A DNA stretch of 64,000 bases, from assembly GCA_947259415.1 (NCBI GenBank), contig CAMYMI010000001.1, positions 33,842 to 97,841 on the forward strand, read 5' to 3'. The translations under genes were made by a program, and so were the position numbers. Of this stretch, positions 28,648-38,760 are shown piece after piece. The notes below the pieces were generated by a model. The model was not told the origin of the DNA. It was given only the letters and a program-made list of their open reading frames with translations, and did not search any database. The number at the start of each line of letters is the position of its first letter. Position 1 is the first letter of the stretch. Origin of the DNA: an uncultured Ectothiorhodospiraceae bacterium. Its GTDB lineage: Bacteria; Pseudomonadota; Gammaproteobacteria; UBA9214.

Positions 28648-30475
28648 CGGGCTCCGTAGCAGCGGTTTCTGCTGCCAGCCTTTCAGCCTCCTTCGGCTCA
28701 ACCAGGCTGAGCAGGGTCCATCCCGGCCCGGGTTTCACCTTGTAACCGGGGGTCAGGATATACAAACGCTCCTTGGGATCGACAGCAAACAGCGGGATCG
28801 CCTTCTTGTAGTGGCGACGGTGGTAGGCATCGAAGTCGAAGTTCTCGGTCAGGGCCGTCTCTCGAATCTCCGCACCCATGCCGAGAGCGTTAGCCAGTCG
28901 CTCGTAGGTCACGTCATCACCGAAGGCGACATTACCGGCTGGCAGCGGCGTTGTCTGCTTGCTGTTCACAGCGGCCTCGCTGGCTTGCAGGGCAAACAAA
29001 TGGCTGTCTCCGAACTCACGTCGGTAGCGGTGTATGGCGAGCACATTGAGTTCCTGCTGAGGCGACAGCGCCAGCAAGCGTCCCAGGCCTATCAGGTCCA
29101 GGCTCCGGTCGGCATATTCCGACACCGCGCTGCCGTAGAAGGTCGTTAGCCCGTGCATGCGCGCGGCACTGACGTTGGCCCAGGTAGTGTCGCACAATAC
29201 GCTGTTGTAACCGCGCTTCAGCAGTGCATGTGCTATCACCCGTGCGACCGGGTTGGCACCGACGATCAGGAAGCCACGCGGCTCCGGTTCTGCAACGCCC
29301 AGAGCTCTCGCCAGCAACCCGGCAGTAGCGCTTTGTAACACCACGGTGCCGATGATCACCATGAAGGTCAGCGGCACCAGCAGCTCGGCTTGCGGGTATC
29401 CGGCAGCCTGCAGCCTCAAGGAGAACAGCGCAGCAACGGCAGCCGCCACGATACCGCGTGGCCCGATCCAGGCCAGCAGGGCACGCTCCTGCCAGCGCAA
29501 TGATGAACCCCAGGTCGCCAGTGCTATCTTGACGGGCCGGGCAACAAACTGGATGACCGCAAGGATGCCCAGCGCCCCCCAGCCCAGTGCCTGCAGCTGG
29601 GTGAAATCGATGCGTGCTGCAAGGATGATAAACAGGGCCGAGATCAGGACCACCGACAGGCTTTCCTTGAAATCCAGGATGTGCTCGACAGATACATTGC
29701 GCATGTTCGCCAGGCGGATACCCATGACAGTGACCGTCAGCAGACCTGCCTCTGCCTCTACGACGTTCGACAGCGCGAATACTGTAAACACAAGTGCCAG
29801 GGTGGCCACGTTATGCAGGAACTCAGGGAGCCAGTGGTTACGCAGTGCCAGCCCCAGGAACTGGCCACTAAGGATGCCGATCACCACCCCTACGCCAATA
29901 ATCCGGGTGAAGCTGATCAGTGTGTGTCCGAGTGCCTCACCGCCCTGACCCGAGATGATGAATTCGAACACAAGCACCGCCAGCAATGCACCAATCGGGT
30001 CGATGACGATACCTTCCCAGCGCAGGATATTTGCTACATGCGCCGTCGGCCGCACGGTGCGCAACAGCGGCACAATCACGGTCGGACCCGTCACCACGAT
30101 GAAGGCGCCGAACAGCAGGGCCAGCTCCAGCGGGAAGTTCAGCAGCGTGTAGGCAGCCAGCGCAGCCACGGCCCAGGTCACCACCAGCCCGGAAGTCACC
30201 ATGCGCCGCACTATCCTTTCGAGACCCGCAATCTCGGAGAACTTCAGGGTCAGACTGCCCTCGAACAGGATGACCGCGACGGAGAGCGATACAAACGGGA
30301 ACAGCAGCTCGCCGAACAGGGCATCCGGGTGCAGCAGCCCGAGAACCGGCCCGACAAAGATGCCGCTCAGCAGCAGGAACAGGATCGCGGGCAGCTTGAC
30401 CCACCAGGCAAACCACTGGCAGGCAATGGCGAGCGCGCCAATCCCCGCAATGCTCAGGACGACGTGTTCTTCCAT
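28628..30475 (-). CDS. Na+/H+ antiporter, CPA1 (NhaP-type) with cytoplasmic C-terminal regulatory domain
   Basis: 615 aa, about 12 TM helices, ..VATLALVFTVFALSNV.., C-terminal ..GFLIVGANPVARVIAHALLKRGYNSVLCD.. TrkA-N-like fold. Confidence 0.8.
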   Translation of the reverse strand: MEEHVVLSIAGIGALAIACQWFAWWVKLPAILFLLLSGIFVGPVLGLLHPDALFGELLFPFVSLSVAVILFEGSLTLKFSEIAGLERIVRRMVTSGLVVTWAVAALAAYTLLNFPLELALLFGAFIVVTGPTVIVPLLRTVRPTAHVANILRWEGIVIDPIGALLAVLVFEFIISGQGGEALGHTLISFTRIIGVGVVIGILSGQFLGLALRNHWLPEFLHNVATLALVFTVFALSNVVEAEAGLLTVTVMGIRLANMRNVSVEHILDFKESLSVVLISALFIILAARIDFTQLQALGWGALGILAVIQFVARPVKIALATWGSSLRWQERALLAWIGPRGIVAAAVAALFSLRLQAAGYPQAELLVPLTFMVIIGTVVLQSATAGLLARALGVAEPEPRGFLIVGANPVARVIAHALLKRGYNSVLCDTTWANVSAARMHGLTTFYGSAVSEYADRSLDLIGLGRLLALSPQQELNVLAIHRYRREFGDSHLFALQASEAAVNSKQTTPLPAGNVAFGDDVTYERLANALGMGAEIRETALTENFDFDAYHRRHYKKAIPLFAVDPKERLYILTPGYKVKPGPGWTLLSLVEPKEAERLAAETAATEPDADESA

Positions 30476-30535
30476 GAGGACAGGTCTGGAGAATCAACCG
30501 GTACAGTTGCGGTAACCCGACCGCCTACAGCACCC

Positions 30536-31120
30536 CTATTGCAGGTCACTGAATTCCCTCCTCAGCTTTTCCAGATCTGCTACGTAGCCTTCCGCGTTTC
30601 CGTAGGGCAGGAACATGTAATAACGTGAATGAACATCCTTCAAACGTTGCGCGTGCTTGATCGGACACCAGTATTGTTCGGTCCTGGCGGCGATTTCCCG
30701 GACATAGGCGATCAGACCGGTAGCATAGCTGCAGAACAGGCAGTGGGTACGCTCGATGGGGTTGAGATATTTGAGCTGGTGACGATCCAGCACAAAGTAA
30801 TCCGAGCGCCTTACCCTCGGCACGCGGTATACCGGGAAGCACAGCAGCTGGTAGATCCAGACACACCCGTCCAGCAGCATCAACGGGAAGAGCAGACTGT
30901 AGACCAGCGGCGCCGTAGCTGCTGCCAGCAGGGAGGACTCTGCCAGGTAGCGGCTTATCCTGCTGGCCAGATCACGATGACGCGCGATGATCTCCTTATC
31001 GAAGACCGCGCGCCCGTTTCGCAGGCTATAGCCGAACTCCTCCACATCCCGGGTGACTTCTTCCGCGACCCGTTCCTCCAGTAGGCGTATTTCCTGCAAC
31101 AATCCTTGCAACCCTGCCAT
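30536..31120 (-). CDS. Hypothetical membrane protein (194 aa)
   Basis: Start at ATG 31120 with GAAGGGGGG RBS; 2 TM helices; no family recognised. Confidence 0.4.
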   Translation of the reverse strand: MAGLQGLLQEIRLLEERVAEEVTRDVEEFGYSLRNGRAVFDKEIIARHRDLASRISRYLAESSLLAAATAPLVYSLLFPLMLLDGCVWIYQLLCFPVYRVPRVRRSDYFVLDRHQLKYLNPIERTHCLFCSYATGLIAYVREIAARTEQYWCPIKHAQRLKDVHSRYYMFLPYGNAEGYVADLEKLRREFSDLQ

Positions 31121-31180
31121 GCCGCCCCCCTTCCTGATGTACTGCCTGACGCTGATGACACTGCCATGAAGCATGCCAGA

Positions 31181-31447
31181 TTATCGTCCGACTATTTCGT
31201 TACGGCCCGATTCAAGCAGACACAACTTGTCAATCCGTGCCAGCTTCTTGATTTCGGCCTCACGCTTGCTGGCCGTACTCCGGGTATGCCCGCTTTCCAG
31301 GTATACCAGCTGCTGCGGTCTGCGGCCCCGGAAATACCGGGCACCCTGCTGGCCACCATGCTGGGACAGGCGCCGCTCCATATTGTTTGTGATTCCTGTG
31401 TAGAGCGAATTATCCGTACAGAGGATGATGTAGACCTGCCAATTCAT
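31181..31447 (-). CDS. GIY-YIG nuclease-family protein (UPF0213/YhbQ-like)
   Basis: MNWQVYIILCTDNSLYTGITNNMERRLSQH.. GIY..YIG motifs. Confidence 0.65.
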   Translation of the reverse strand: MNWQVYIILCTDNSLYTGITNNMERRLSQHGGQQGARYFRGRRPQQLVYLESGHTRSTASKREAEIKKLARIDKLCLLESGRNEIVGR

Positions 31448-31508
31448 GGCGCCATGATAGCAAATGATAGTGCGCGGCATTTAAACTCACTGACCGGGGT
31501 ATACCGGC

Positions 31509-31538
31509 TTGACAGCCTGTCCTGGATACCCGTTTATT
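31509..31538 (+). promoter_or_regulatory. Candidate sigma70 promoter for slyD (TTGACA-18-TTTATT)
   Basis: Consensus -35 hexamer at 31509-31514 and AT-rich -10 at 31533-31538, ~135 nt upstream of slyD. Confidence 0.25.
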
Positions 31539-31674
31539 CGGTTTTCCCGGGTTTATGTTAGGATATGCGCCGCCTGTTCTTCTCGTTGCCGCATCCCGCG
31601 CCGATCCGGCGTCCGTTTGCATCCAGAAATGCAGGAACCTGACTTACATTATCCGATATAGAAGGAGCCTGCAT

Positions 31675-32157
31675 ATGCAGATAGAAAAACACCGTGTGGT
31701 GACCCTCACCTACACCCTGAAAGACAATGATGACAACATCATTGACAAATCCGACGATGGCAGCTTTTGTTATCTGCATGGCGCCGGCAACATCATCTCT
31801 GGTCTGGAAAACGCGCTGACAGGCAAGATCGCCGGCGACGAACTGAGTGTTGCCGTGTCACCTGAAGAGGCATATGGCGTTCACGATGCCGAGAAGACCC
31901 AGAAGGTACCACGTGACATGTTCCCGCCCGAGCAGGAGATCGAGCCCGGCATGCAGTTCCATGCACAGAGCCCGGAGGGCCAGCCGTTTGTGGTCACCAT
32001 CGCCAGTGTCGATGAAGACGGCATCCTCGTTGACGGCAATCACCCGCTGGCCGGCGTGCATCTCAATTTCGATGTGAAGGTTATGGAAGTGCGAGAGGCC
32101 AGTAGCGAAGAGATCGAGCACGGCCATGTACACGGGCCGGACGGACACCACCACTAG
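31675..32157 (+). CDS. slyD: FKBP-type peptidyl-prolyl isomerase / metallochaperone SlyD
   Basis: MQIEKHRVVTLTYTLKDNDDNIIDKSD.. FKBP + IF domain, His-rich tail (HGHVHGPDGHHH); GAAGGAG RBS. Confidence 0.85.
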   Translation: MQIEKHRVVTLTYTLKDNDDNIIDKSDDGSFCYLHGAGNIISGLENALTGKIAGDELSVAVSPEEAYGVHDAEKTQKVPRDMFPPEQEIEPGMQFHAQSPEGQPFVVTIASVDEDGILVDGNHPLAGVHLNFDVKVMEVREASSEEIEHGHVHGPDGHHH

Positions 32158-32240
32158 GCTGACATGCCACTACGACAGCGGCTACATACCCGACGGTCAT
32201 GCACCATACCGTTTGTGGCCGCTGAAACGGTGATGCGCGC

Positions 32241-32804
32241 ATGAAAGCGAGTGACCTCAAGCGCGGCACTGTCCTCGACATTGACGGACGCAAGATCATT
32301 ATAAAGCAGCTGGAGGTGCAGAGCCCGTCGTCGAGAAGTGGCAGCACTCTCTATAAGGTCCGCGGCCACGACATTGTCAACAAGCAGAAGTTTGAGGCCC
32401 GTTTCAAGGGTGACGAAAACCTGCAGAGCGTTGAATTCGGGCGCCGCCCCTTACAGTACCTGTTCCGGGACGCAGACAGTTGCACCTTCATGGACAAGGA
32501 GACGTACGAGCAGCACACCCTGTCTGTCGAGTCGCTGGAAGAAGAACTGCGGTACCTTGAGGAAAACCTGGACGGCATCCTGGGCATGGTCGCTGACGAT
32601 GTCATCCTCGGTATTGAGCTACCTGCCACGGTCAGCCTCGAGATCGTGGACACCGCACCCGGGATGAAGGCGGCCTCGTCATCGGCACGCACCAAACCGG
32701 CCACCCTCACGACCGGCCTGGTCGTACAGGTGCCCGAATACTTAACCCCCGGTGAAGTCATCAAGGTCAACACCGGGACCGGCGAGTTCGTCTCGCGCGC
32801 CTGA
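32241..32804 (+). CDS. yeiP: Elongation factor P-like protein YeiP (EfpL)
   Basis: 187 aa; ..KFMDKETYEQ..LEIVDTAPGMKAASSSARTKPATLTTGLVVQVPEYL.. aligns closely with E. coli YeiP. Confidence 0.85.
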   Translation: MKASDLKRGTVLDIDGRKIIIKQLEVQSPSSRSGSTLYKVRGHDIVNKQKFEARFKGDENLQSVEFGRRPLQYLFRDADSCTFMDKETYEQHTLSVESLEEELRYLEENLDGILGMVADDVILGIELPATVSLEIVDTAPGMKAASSSARTKPATLTTGLVVQVPEYLTPGEVIKVNTGTGEFVSRA

Positions 32805-32900
32805 TTGATCGCCCGCTGACAGGAGAGACCAGTTATTTTCACCGCTCAATCTCAGAAAGAACATATGAACAAATTTGCTTTGGCACCTTAATTTTCTATT

Positions 32901-33662
32901 TTACTGCTTCAACCGATACCCGGTCTTGAACATCCACCACACGACAAGCAGACAAGCGGCCAGGAACATCAGAACCATGGACAGGCTCAACCCCACGCTC
33001 ACGTCGGAGACTTCGAAAAAGCTCCAGCGAAAACCGCTGATCAGGTAAACCACCGGGTTGAACAGAGTTACGGTCTGCCAGGCGGGTGGCAGCATGCTGA
33101 CCGAGTAAAAGCTGCCGCCGAGAAACACCAGCGGCGTGATAACCAACAGCGGGATGAGCTGCAGTTTTTCAAAATTATCAGCCCATAGCCCGATGATGAA
33201 TCCGAACAGGCTGAAAGAAATACATGTCAGTACAAGGAATCCCATCATCCACACTGGATGAGCAACCTCCAGGGGTACAAAGAAGCCGGCTGTCGCCAGG
33301 ATGATCAGACCGATGAGCAGGGACTTGGTCGCTGCAGCTCCCACGTAGCCCAGCAGGATTTCAAAAAAAGATACCGGTGCTGACATAACTTCGTAAATCG
33401 TGCCTGTGAACTTGGGAAAGTAAATACCAAACGAGGCGTTGGAAATGCTCTGGGTCAGCAGCGCCAGCATCATCAGCCCGGGCACGATGAATGATCCGTA
33501 GGACACACCTTCAATCTGTTCAATACGTGAGCCGATAGCCGAGCCGAACACTACAAAGTAGAGCGATGTGGACAGTACCGGTGAGGCGAAACTCTGCAGC
33601 AGGGTTTCCCAGGCACGTAGCATTTCATACTTGTAGATCACTCTGACGGCGTATGTGTTCAT
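32901..33662 (-). CDS. ABC-2 type transporter permease (YadH-like)
   Basis: 253 aa, 6 TM, ABC-2 family pattern. Confidence 0.75.
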   Translation of the reverse strand: MNTYAVRVIYKYEMLRAWETLLQSFASPVLSTSLYFVVFGSAIGSRIEQIEGVSYGSFIVPGLMMLALLTQSISNASFGIYFPKFTGTIYEVMSAPVSFFEILLGYVGAAATKSLLIGLIILATAGFFVPLEVAHPVWMMGFLVLTCISFSLFGFIIGLWADNFEKLQLIPLLVITPLVFLGGSFYSVSMLPPAWQTVTLFNPVVYLISGFRWSFFEVSDVSVGLSLSMVLMFLAACLLVVWWMFKTGYRLKQ

Positions 33663-34585
33663 TACTTGGATTTCACCAGATTGACAAATATTTCTTCCAG
33701 AGAACTTTGCGTAGTTCTCAGGTCTTTTAGCACCATACCGGCCTCCCTGATCGCCTGCAGCAAGCCGCTGATGCCGGTGTGTGTATTGTGGGGATCATAG
33801 GTATAGGTCAGCCGGCTGCCATCAGCCGACAGATCCAGAGACCAGTGGGCCAACGCATCGGGCACGGAATCCACGGCCTGTTCTAGCTCAGCGATAAGTT
33901 GCCTTTTCCCGAGTTTATGCATTAATGCCAGCTTGTCATCTACCAGCAGCAGTTCACCGTCGTTGATGACGCCCACACGGTCAGCAATCGCCTCGGCCTC
34001 TTCGATATAGTGAGTGGTCAGGATGATGGTGACACCGGACTCGCGCAGGCGCCGCACCAGCGCCCACATGTCCTTGCGTAATTCAACATCCACGCCCGCC
34101 GTGGGTTCGTCCAGGAACAGGACTGAAGGCTCGTGCGACAGGGCCTTGCCGATCAGCACCCGCCGTTTCATACCACCCGACAGTGTCATCAGCTCGCTGT
34201 CTTTCTTACCCCACAGCGAGAGATCCCTGAGCAACCGCTCGAGGTGCTCAGGGTTGGGTTTTTTACCGAACAGGCCGCGGCTGAAACACAGCGTGTTCCA
34301 CACCGTATCGAATGCGCCGAGTGTGAGTTCCTGCGGAACCAGTCCGATCATGCTGCGCGTGGCGCGGTAGTCTGTGACGATGTCATGTCCTCCCACCGTT
34401 ACTGAGCCCGAACTTGCCTTTACAATCCCGCAGATAATCGATATGAGGGTTGTCTTGCCGGCCCCGTTGGGACCAAGCAACGCCAGGATTTCACCGGGCG
34501 CGATATCCAGGGTCACATCCTTGAGGGCATGGTGGCCGCCGGCATAAGTCTTGGACAGGTTCGATATGGAGACTATGGACTGCAT
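33662..34585 (-). CDS. ABC transporter ATP-binding protein (YadG-like)
   Basis: Walker [10 protein letters not shown], signature LSGGMKRR, Walker B LFLDEPT; start at [12 protein letters not shown]. Confidence 0.8.
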   Translation of the reverse strand: MQSIVSISNLSKTYAGGHHALKDVTLDIAPGEILALLGPNGAGKTTLISIICGIVKASSGSVTVGGHDIVTDYRATRSMIGLVPQELTLGAFDTVWNTLCFSRGLFGKKPNPEHLERLLRDLSLWGKKDSELMTLSGGMKRRVLIGKALSHEPSVLFLDEPTAGVDVELRKDMWALVRRLRESGVTIILTTHYIEEAEAIADRVGVINDGELLLVDDKLALMHKLGKRQLIAELEQAVDSVPDALAHWSLDLSADGSRLTYTYDPHNTHTGISGLLQAIREAGMVLKDLRTTQSSLEEIFVNLVKSK

Positions 34586-35109
34586 TTTTGTATTCACATG
34601 CACCCGCGCTTGACAGTTATATTGTGTCAATTATGCAGAGAAGGTGTGAAACCGTTCTTTATACAATCAACGTTATAGACACCGCCCGCCACCCTAGGCT
34701 TCATCCCATTGCGCACTCTTATAATCAATCCTTCCATGATATTTTAAGATATGCCGAGGGATTCTTTCGCCGCTCCAGTATCGGCATAATACTTTGCGCT
34801 CCAGCGAATCTTCTCGAGCATTGCCTGGGCTGAATCAAGGCCCTTATTCGTCAAACAGCACGTAACCGGATTATTCTGAATAACAAGAAAGTGGCCCGAA
34901 CCTGACATGACGGGTTATACCGGATATTACCAAAGTACAAACGTCTCAGAACAGCCAGAACCGGAAGTTTATGACGATAAAATAACGCTCCCGAAGATAC
35001 AGTCAGGCAAATTGCTAGAGAAGGATCATACAGGTAAATTAACGGCTGTGTACTTCTACAGACTGGATTGCCGCCTGCACAGACGGCAAAATGTAAAAAT
35101 CACAGGCTG

Positions 35110-36051
35110 CTACGCTGGCAAGAAGTCGATCGGGTAGGTAATGGTAATCTCTGTTACGTCCTTGGCGCCAAAGTCGAACAACTTGACGCGACTGGCGATC
35201 TTGGAACCCAGTGCAGGATCACCCAGTTCGCTGGAGACCAGGTCGCAGCGGGTAACCTTCCCGGAAGGGGCAATGGTCAGGCGCAACACGATCTTGCCTT
35301 TCAGGGTGGGATCCTTGCGCAGGGCGCGGTTGTAGACGCTATAGATCGAACCCTTGTTGCGATCGAAGACCATCTGAATCTCCTCGATGCTGCGGCCGGC
35401 CGACTTTGTGCCCTTGCCCTTGCCGCCCACCGAGCCACCCGGTGCATTGCCGGTCGGACTGCGGATCTTCGTGGAGCTGCGCCCGGACAATTCTCCCCCA
35501 CCGGTGTTGCGGCTCAGGTTCGAGGTCTGTATGCCACCGCTGCCACGCGCGGTGCCGGCCGTAAGGATCGCGCGCTCGGTCTTCTTCGCTGCACCCACGG
35601 ACTGCGACAGATTGTTGGTCTTGCTGAAACTAGTCGAGACCGTGTTTTGCCGCATGTCAGCCAGCGAATCCTTCAGTGCCAGCAGTCCGGACTTCTCGGC
35701 CTGTTGGCGCGCGCTGATTTTGGGCTTCACCGGCACCGGTTTCTTTACTACGACCTGCTTTTTCTTCACCGGCTTCGGAGTCTCAACCTTCTTCGGCAGC
35801 AGCTCCGGCTTTTTCTTCACCGGTTTTGGCGGTGGCGGCGGTTTAATCTCCTCTTTCTCGAAAATCAGCTGAGCGAGACGTGGCGGCTCGTCTATCACCG
35901 GTTTTTCGATCTCCGGCAACGGCAGGAGCGGAATAACGATACCCAGCACGAGCGCAATCAGCAGGTTGGTGCGCACAATGCGCTTGAAACGGGCATCGTC
36001 GGGGTTGGTGAAGCCCCAGGACATGTTGTAGCTCAGTACAGTAGCAGACAT
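35110..36051 (-). CDS. tonB: Energy transducer TonB
   Basis: N-terminal TM anchor, Pro/Lys-rich spacer (PPPPPKPVKKKPE..), C-terminal TonB_C domain (..GKIVLRLTIAPSGKVTRCDLV..). Confidence 0.75.
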   Translation of the reverse strand: MSATVLSYNMSWGFTNPDDARFKRIVRTNLLIALVLGIVIPLLPLPEIEKPVIDEPPRLAQLIFEKEEIKPPPPPKPVKKKPELLPKKVETPKPVKKKQVVVKKPVPVKPKISARQQAEKSGLLALKDSLADMRQNTVSTSFSKTNNLSQSVGAAKKTERAILTAGTARGSGGIQTSNLSRNTGGGELSGRSSTKIRSPTGNAPGGSVGGKGKGTKSAGRSIEEIQMVFDRNKGSIYSVYNRALRKDPTLKGKIVLRLTIAPSGKVTRCDLVSSELGDPALGSKIASRVKLFDFGAKDVTEITITYPIDFLPA

Positions 36052-36053
36052 GC

Positions 36054-36554
36054 TCAGCTTTCCAGTGGTTTCTGCAGTACGGCCAGCGAGATACGATTAA
36101 AGCCGGCCTGTGTGCAGGAGGCCATGACCTTTTTCAGGAGGCGAAACGGAATGTCCTTGTCACCCATGATAGTCGCCTCGCGACGTTCGGCTGGGTCACC
36201 ACCGACACTCAGCGTATTACCGGCCTGTTTGATGAGCGCGGCCTGCAACACCTTCGAATAGTTACCCTGCTCTTTCATGACGTTTGCCACAGAGGCGATC
36301 ACCTGACCATGCATCAGTATATTATCCTCGTTGACCATGACGGTGACAGTCACGCGTGGCTGTTGCTCGGAAATGGACTCCGGCAGCTCAACAGACTTGT
36401 GTGTCGGCAGGATCTCTCCGTCCGAGGCATTAACCAGAAGGAAGAACACCAGGATGGTGAAGATGTCCATCAATGATACGAGATTCAGGGCCATACCACG
36501 CCCGTGACGCACGTGCTGGCGCTCCATTCGTTTGGCGCGTCTTGACATCTTCAT
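36054..36554 (-). CDS. exbD: Biopolymer transport protein ExbD/TolR (paralog 2)
   Basis: 166 aa, single TM ..LNLVSLMDIFTILVFFLL.., ExbD periplasmic domain. Confidence 0.8.
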   Translation of the reverse strand: MKMSRRAKRMERQHVRHGRGMALNLVSLMDIFTILVFFLLVNASDGEILPTHKSVELPESISEQQPRVTVTVMVNEDNILMHGQVIASVANVMKEQGNYSKVLQAALIKQAGNTLSVGGDPAERREATIMGDKDIPFRLLKKVMASCTQAGFNRISLAVLQKPLES

Positions 36555-37069
36555 TTGGTGGCCACCTTCATGCGTGTACCCGGTGCATCACCGATGGAGA
36601 TCTCCGGGAACAGTTCGGCACTGACCACGCTGCCGGCCTGCACCACACGCGCGCTACGTACGCTGTCCATGGTCTGTACTACGGTTTCATAGTCGGTATC
36701 GGGTTCCAGCAGCAACGTAGCATCCAGCTTGTCAGGGAAGCGTGCCTTGATCTGCTGCAGCAATTGTGAGAGTTGTTGATAGTCATGGGCACCATCTTTC
36801 AATGGCAGCCGCTTAACGAGTCCACCATTCCGGTCACCCACTTCAATCCCATCATCACGCACGATGACCTCCAGGTGGAATTCCTGTGGCTTGTTAGCCA
36901 GCGCATTGCTGGCGGCGGCCGGCAGGTTCAGTTCCAGGATGGTAATGCGCGAAAATACTGCCGTAATCAGCAGGAACGGCACCAGAATCACCATAAGGTT
37001 CATGAACGCGGTGATATTTATATCACCTGAGTCCTGTGAACGTCGGCGGCGATTGAAGCGATTTCTCAT
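36551..37069 (-). CDS. exbD: Biopolymer transport protein ExbD/TolR (paralog 1)
   Basis: 172 aa, ..INITAFMNLMVILVPFLLIT..; 4-nt overlap with the downstream exbD. Confidence 0.8.
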   Translation of the reverse strand: MRNRFNRRRRSQDSGDINITAFMNLMVILVPFLLITAVFSRITILELNLPAAASNALANKPQEFHLEVIVRDDGIEVGDRNGGLVKRLPLKDGAHDYQQLSQLLQQIKARFPDKLDATLLLEPDTDYETVVQTMDSVRSARVVQAGSVVSAELFPEISIGDAPGTRMKVATK

Positions 37070-37716
37070 CAGGCCTTACCTTCGAGCGGTCTCTCGGTAA
37101 TGCTGTTGAGAAACTTTACCGAGGCCATCTCCAGGCTGTCGATCAGCTGCGTGGTCTTAGTCTGCAACACGGCATAGATCAGCAGCAGCGGAATAGCGAC
37201 CATCAGGCCAAATGCTGTGGTGTTCATGGCTACCGATATACTGGCGGATAACATATCGGCCTTCTCGGTAGGATTGGCCGACGCCACCGCTGTGAATGCC
37301 TTGATCAGGCCGATAATCGTGCCTAGCAGTCCGAGTAGCGTGGCTATGTTGGCAAAGGTAGCCAGGTAGGCGGTGCGCTTCTCGAGATTCGGTACGGTCT
37401 CCATCAGCCCTTCTTCCATTGCGATCTCGACATCGTCACGGCGGCGCGAAGTCTTGGCACGGTTCAGACCGTAGCTGAAGATGTGGCTGATGGCCGAACG
37501 GGACTTTTCAGTGAGCATGGCCACTCGCAGGTAATCGCCCTTGGCGAGGTGCGGGGCCATTTTTTTCCACAGTCGGTTGTTGCTACTGCTGGCCGCGCTG
37601 AGATAGATGTAGCGTTCTACAGCAATGGCCAGGCCCAGTGCGAGCACCAGCACAATCGGGTACATGAAAAAGCCACCCGACTGAAAGAACCCGACGAATG
37701 TGTTGTAATAATCCAT
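37069..37716 (-). CDS. exbB: MotA/TolQ/ExbB proton-channel protein
   Basis: 215 aa, 3 TM, ..LATFANIATLLGLLGTIIGLIKAF.. ExbB signature. Confidence 0.8.
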   Translation of the reverse strand: MDYYNTFVGFFQSGGFFMYPIVLVLALGLAIAVERYIYLSAASSSNNRLWKKMAPHLAKGDYLRVAMLTEKSRSAISHIFSYGLNRAKTSRRRDDVEIAMEEGLMETVPNLEKRTAYLATFANIATLLGLLGTIIGLIKAFTAVASANPTEKADMLSASISVAMNTTAFGLMVAIPLLLIYAVLQTKTTQLIDSLEMASVKFLNSITERPLEGKA

Positions 37717-37828
37717 AACAATACTCCTGTTGCTTCCCCAGTAATTAACGATTCATTGCGCAATGGCGCAGATTATCCCTGCCCATCGGCATGGCCCGGC
37801 ATGAGTTTAATAACCTTATATTTACTAC

Positions 37829-38137
37829 TCATTTAGTACTGTGAACTGCTTCGTAGTATTCAAGCTCCCTGAGAAATACGTCACGGTCTATAGGTGCAAG
37901 GATCTCATCGACGAGACTGTTCATGGGGCGCGCGGCCAGTTCGCCAGCCTCGGCAGGTTTCCACGGTACGATATGCAGGGCCTTGGGCAGTTCCTGGTTA
38001 CCGGTGATGGTGGTGCCCTCAAGATCCACTCTGTCTGCGGCTTGTGCACAGGTGGCCAGCCAGAACACTCCGAGCAGACATGCGACAACCTGCAGATACG
38101 ATCCGCTCCGGCAGATACAGATATTCAGGTGTCTCAT
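37829..38137 (-). CDS. Small secreted protein (102 aa)
   Basis: Signal peptide ..VACLLGVFWLATCAQA; 4-nt overlap with the upstream TPR lipoprotein gene. Confidence 0.4.
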   Translation of the reverse strand: MRHLNICICRSGSYLQVVACLLGVFWLATCAQAADRVDLEGTTITGNQELPKALHIVPWKPAEAGELAARPMNSLVDEILAPIDRDVFLRELEYYEAVHSTK

Positions 38138-38760
38138 CGATTTGCTCCGGTGGCGACGTTGTTCTGGCTGATCTGTTCACGCAATTCACTGATCCACGAA
38201 AGCAGTTGTCTGTCTTGCGACTGCGTCAACTGCTGGTAATTCTGGTAGTGGGTCAGGGCCTGTGCCGGGTTTGCCAGGTAACGATCGTTGAGGATGCCGA
38301 GGTTCCAGTGGATGCGCTCATCATTCGGATTAATTTTGAGTCCCTGGTTGTACATTGAGGCGGCTTCTTCCAGCCGGCCGCTGCGGCGATACAGGATGCC
38401 CAACTCGTTGTATGCCACGATCTGTCTGTCATTTACATCGATTGCCTTTATAAAGGCTGCCTCGGCACCGACCATATCTCCTATCTTGTTGCGTGCAATG
38501 CCGAGATTCGTCCACGGGCCGGACAGCCGTGGGTTTGCTGCGGTGATTGCGGCAAGCTTGTCTGTGGCAAGGTGCCAGTCCTCGGCCTTCATCAATTCCA
38601 GGGCGACCTGGAATTCGCCCTCAATGTCTGTGACTGTTGCCGTTTCCACTACCGTGGCACCGGAGGCAGGCACCATGGCGTGTTCCTGCGGTGCACTGGC
38701 GCAACCAGCAAGCATGATTACGACAGTAAATATCAGTACATTAACGTAGCGCAGTGGCAT
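38134..38760 (-). CDS. TPR-repeat lipoprotein (208 aa)
   Basis: Lipobox VIMLAGCAS after ATG 38760; TPR repeats (..AAFIKAIDVNDRQIVAYNELGILYRRSGRLEEAASMYNQGLKINP..). Confidence 0.55.
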   Translation of the reverse strand: MPLRYVNVLIFTVVIMLAGCASAPQEHAMVPASGATVVETATVTDIEGEFQVALELMKAEDWHLATDKLAAITAANPRLSGPWTNLGIARNKIGDMVGAEAAFIKAIDVNDRQIVAYNELGILYRRSGRLEEAASMYNQGLKINPNDERIHWNLGILNDRYLANPAQALTHYQNYQQLTQSQDRQLLSWISELREQISQNNVATGANR

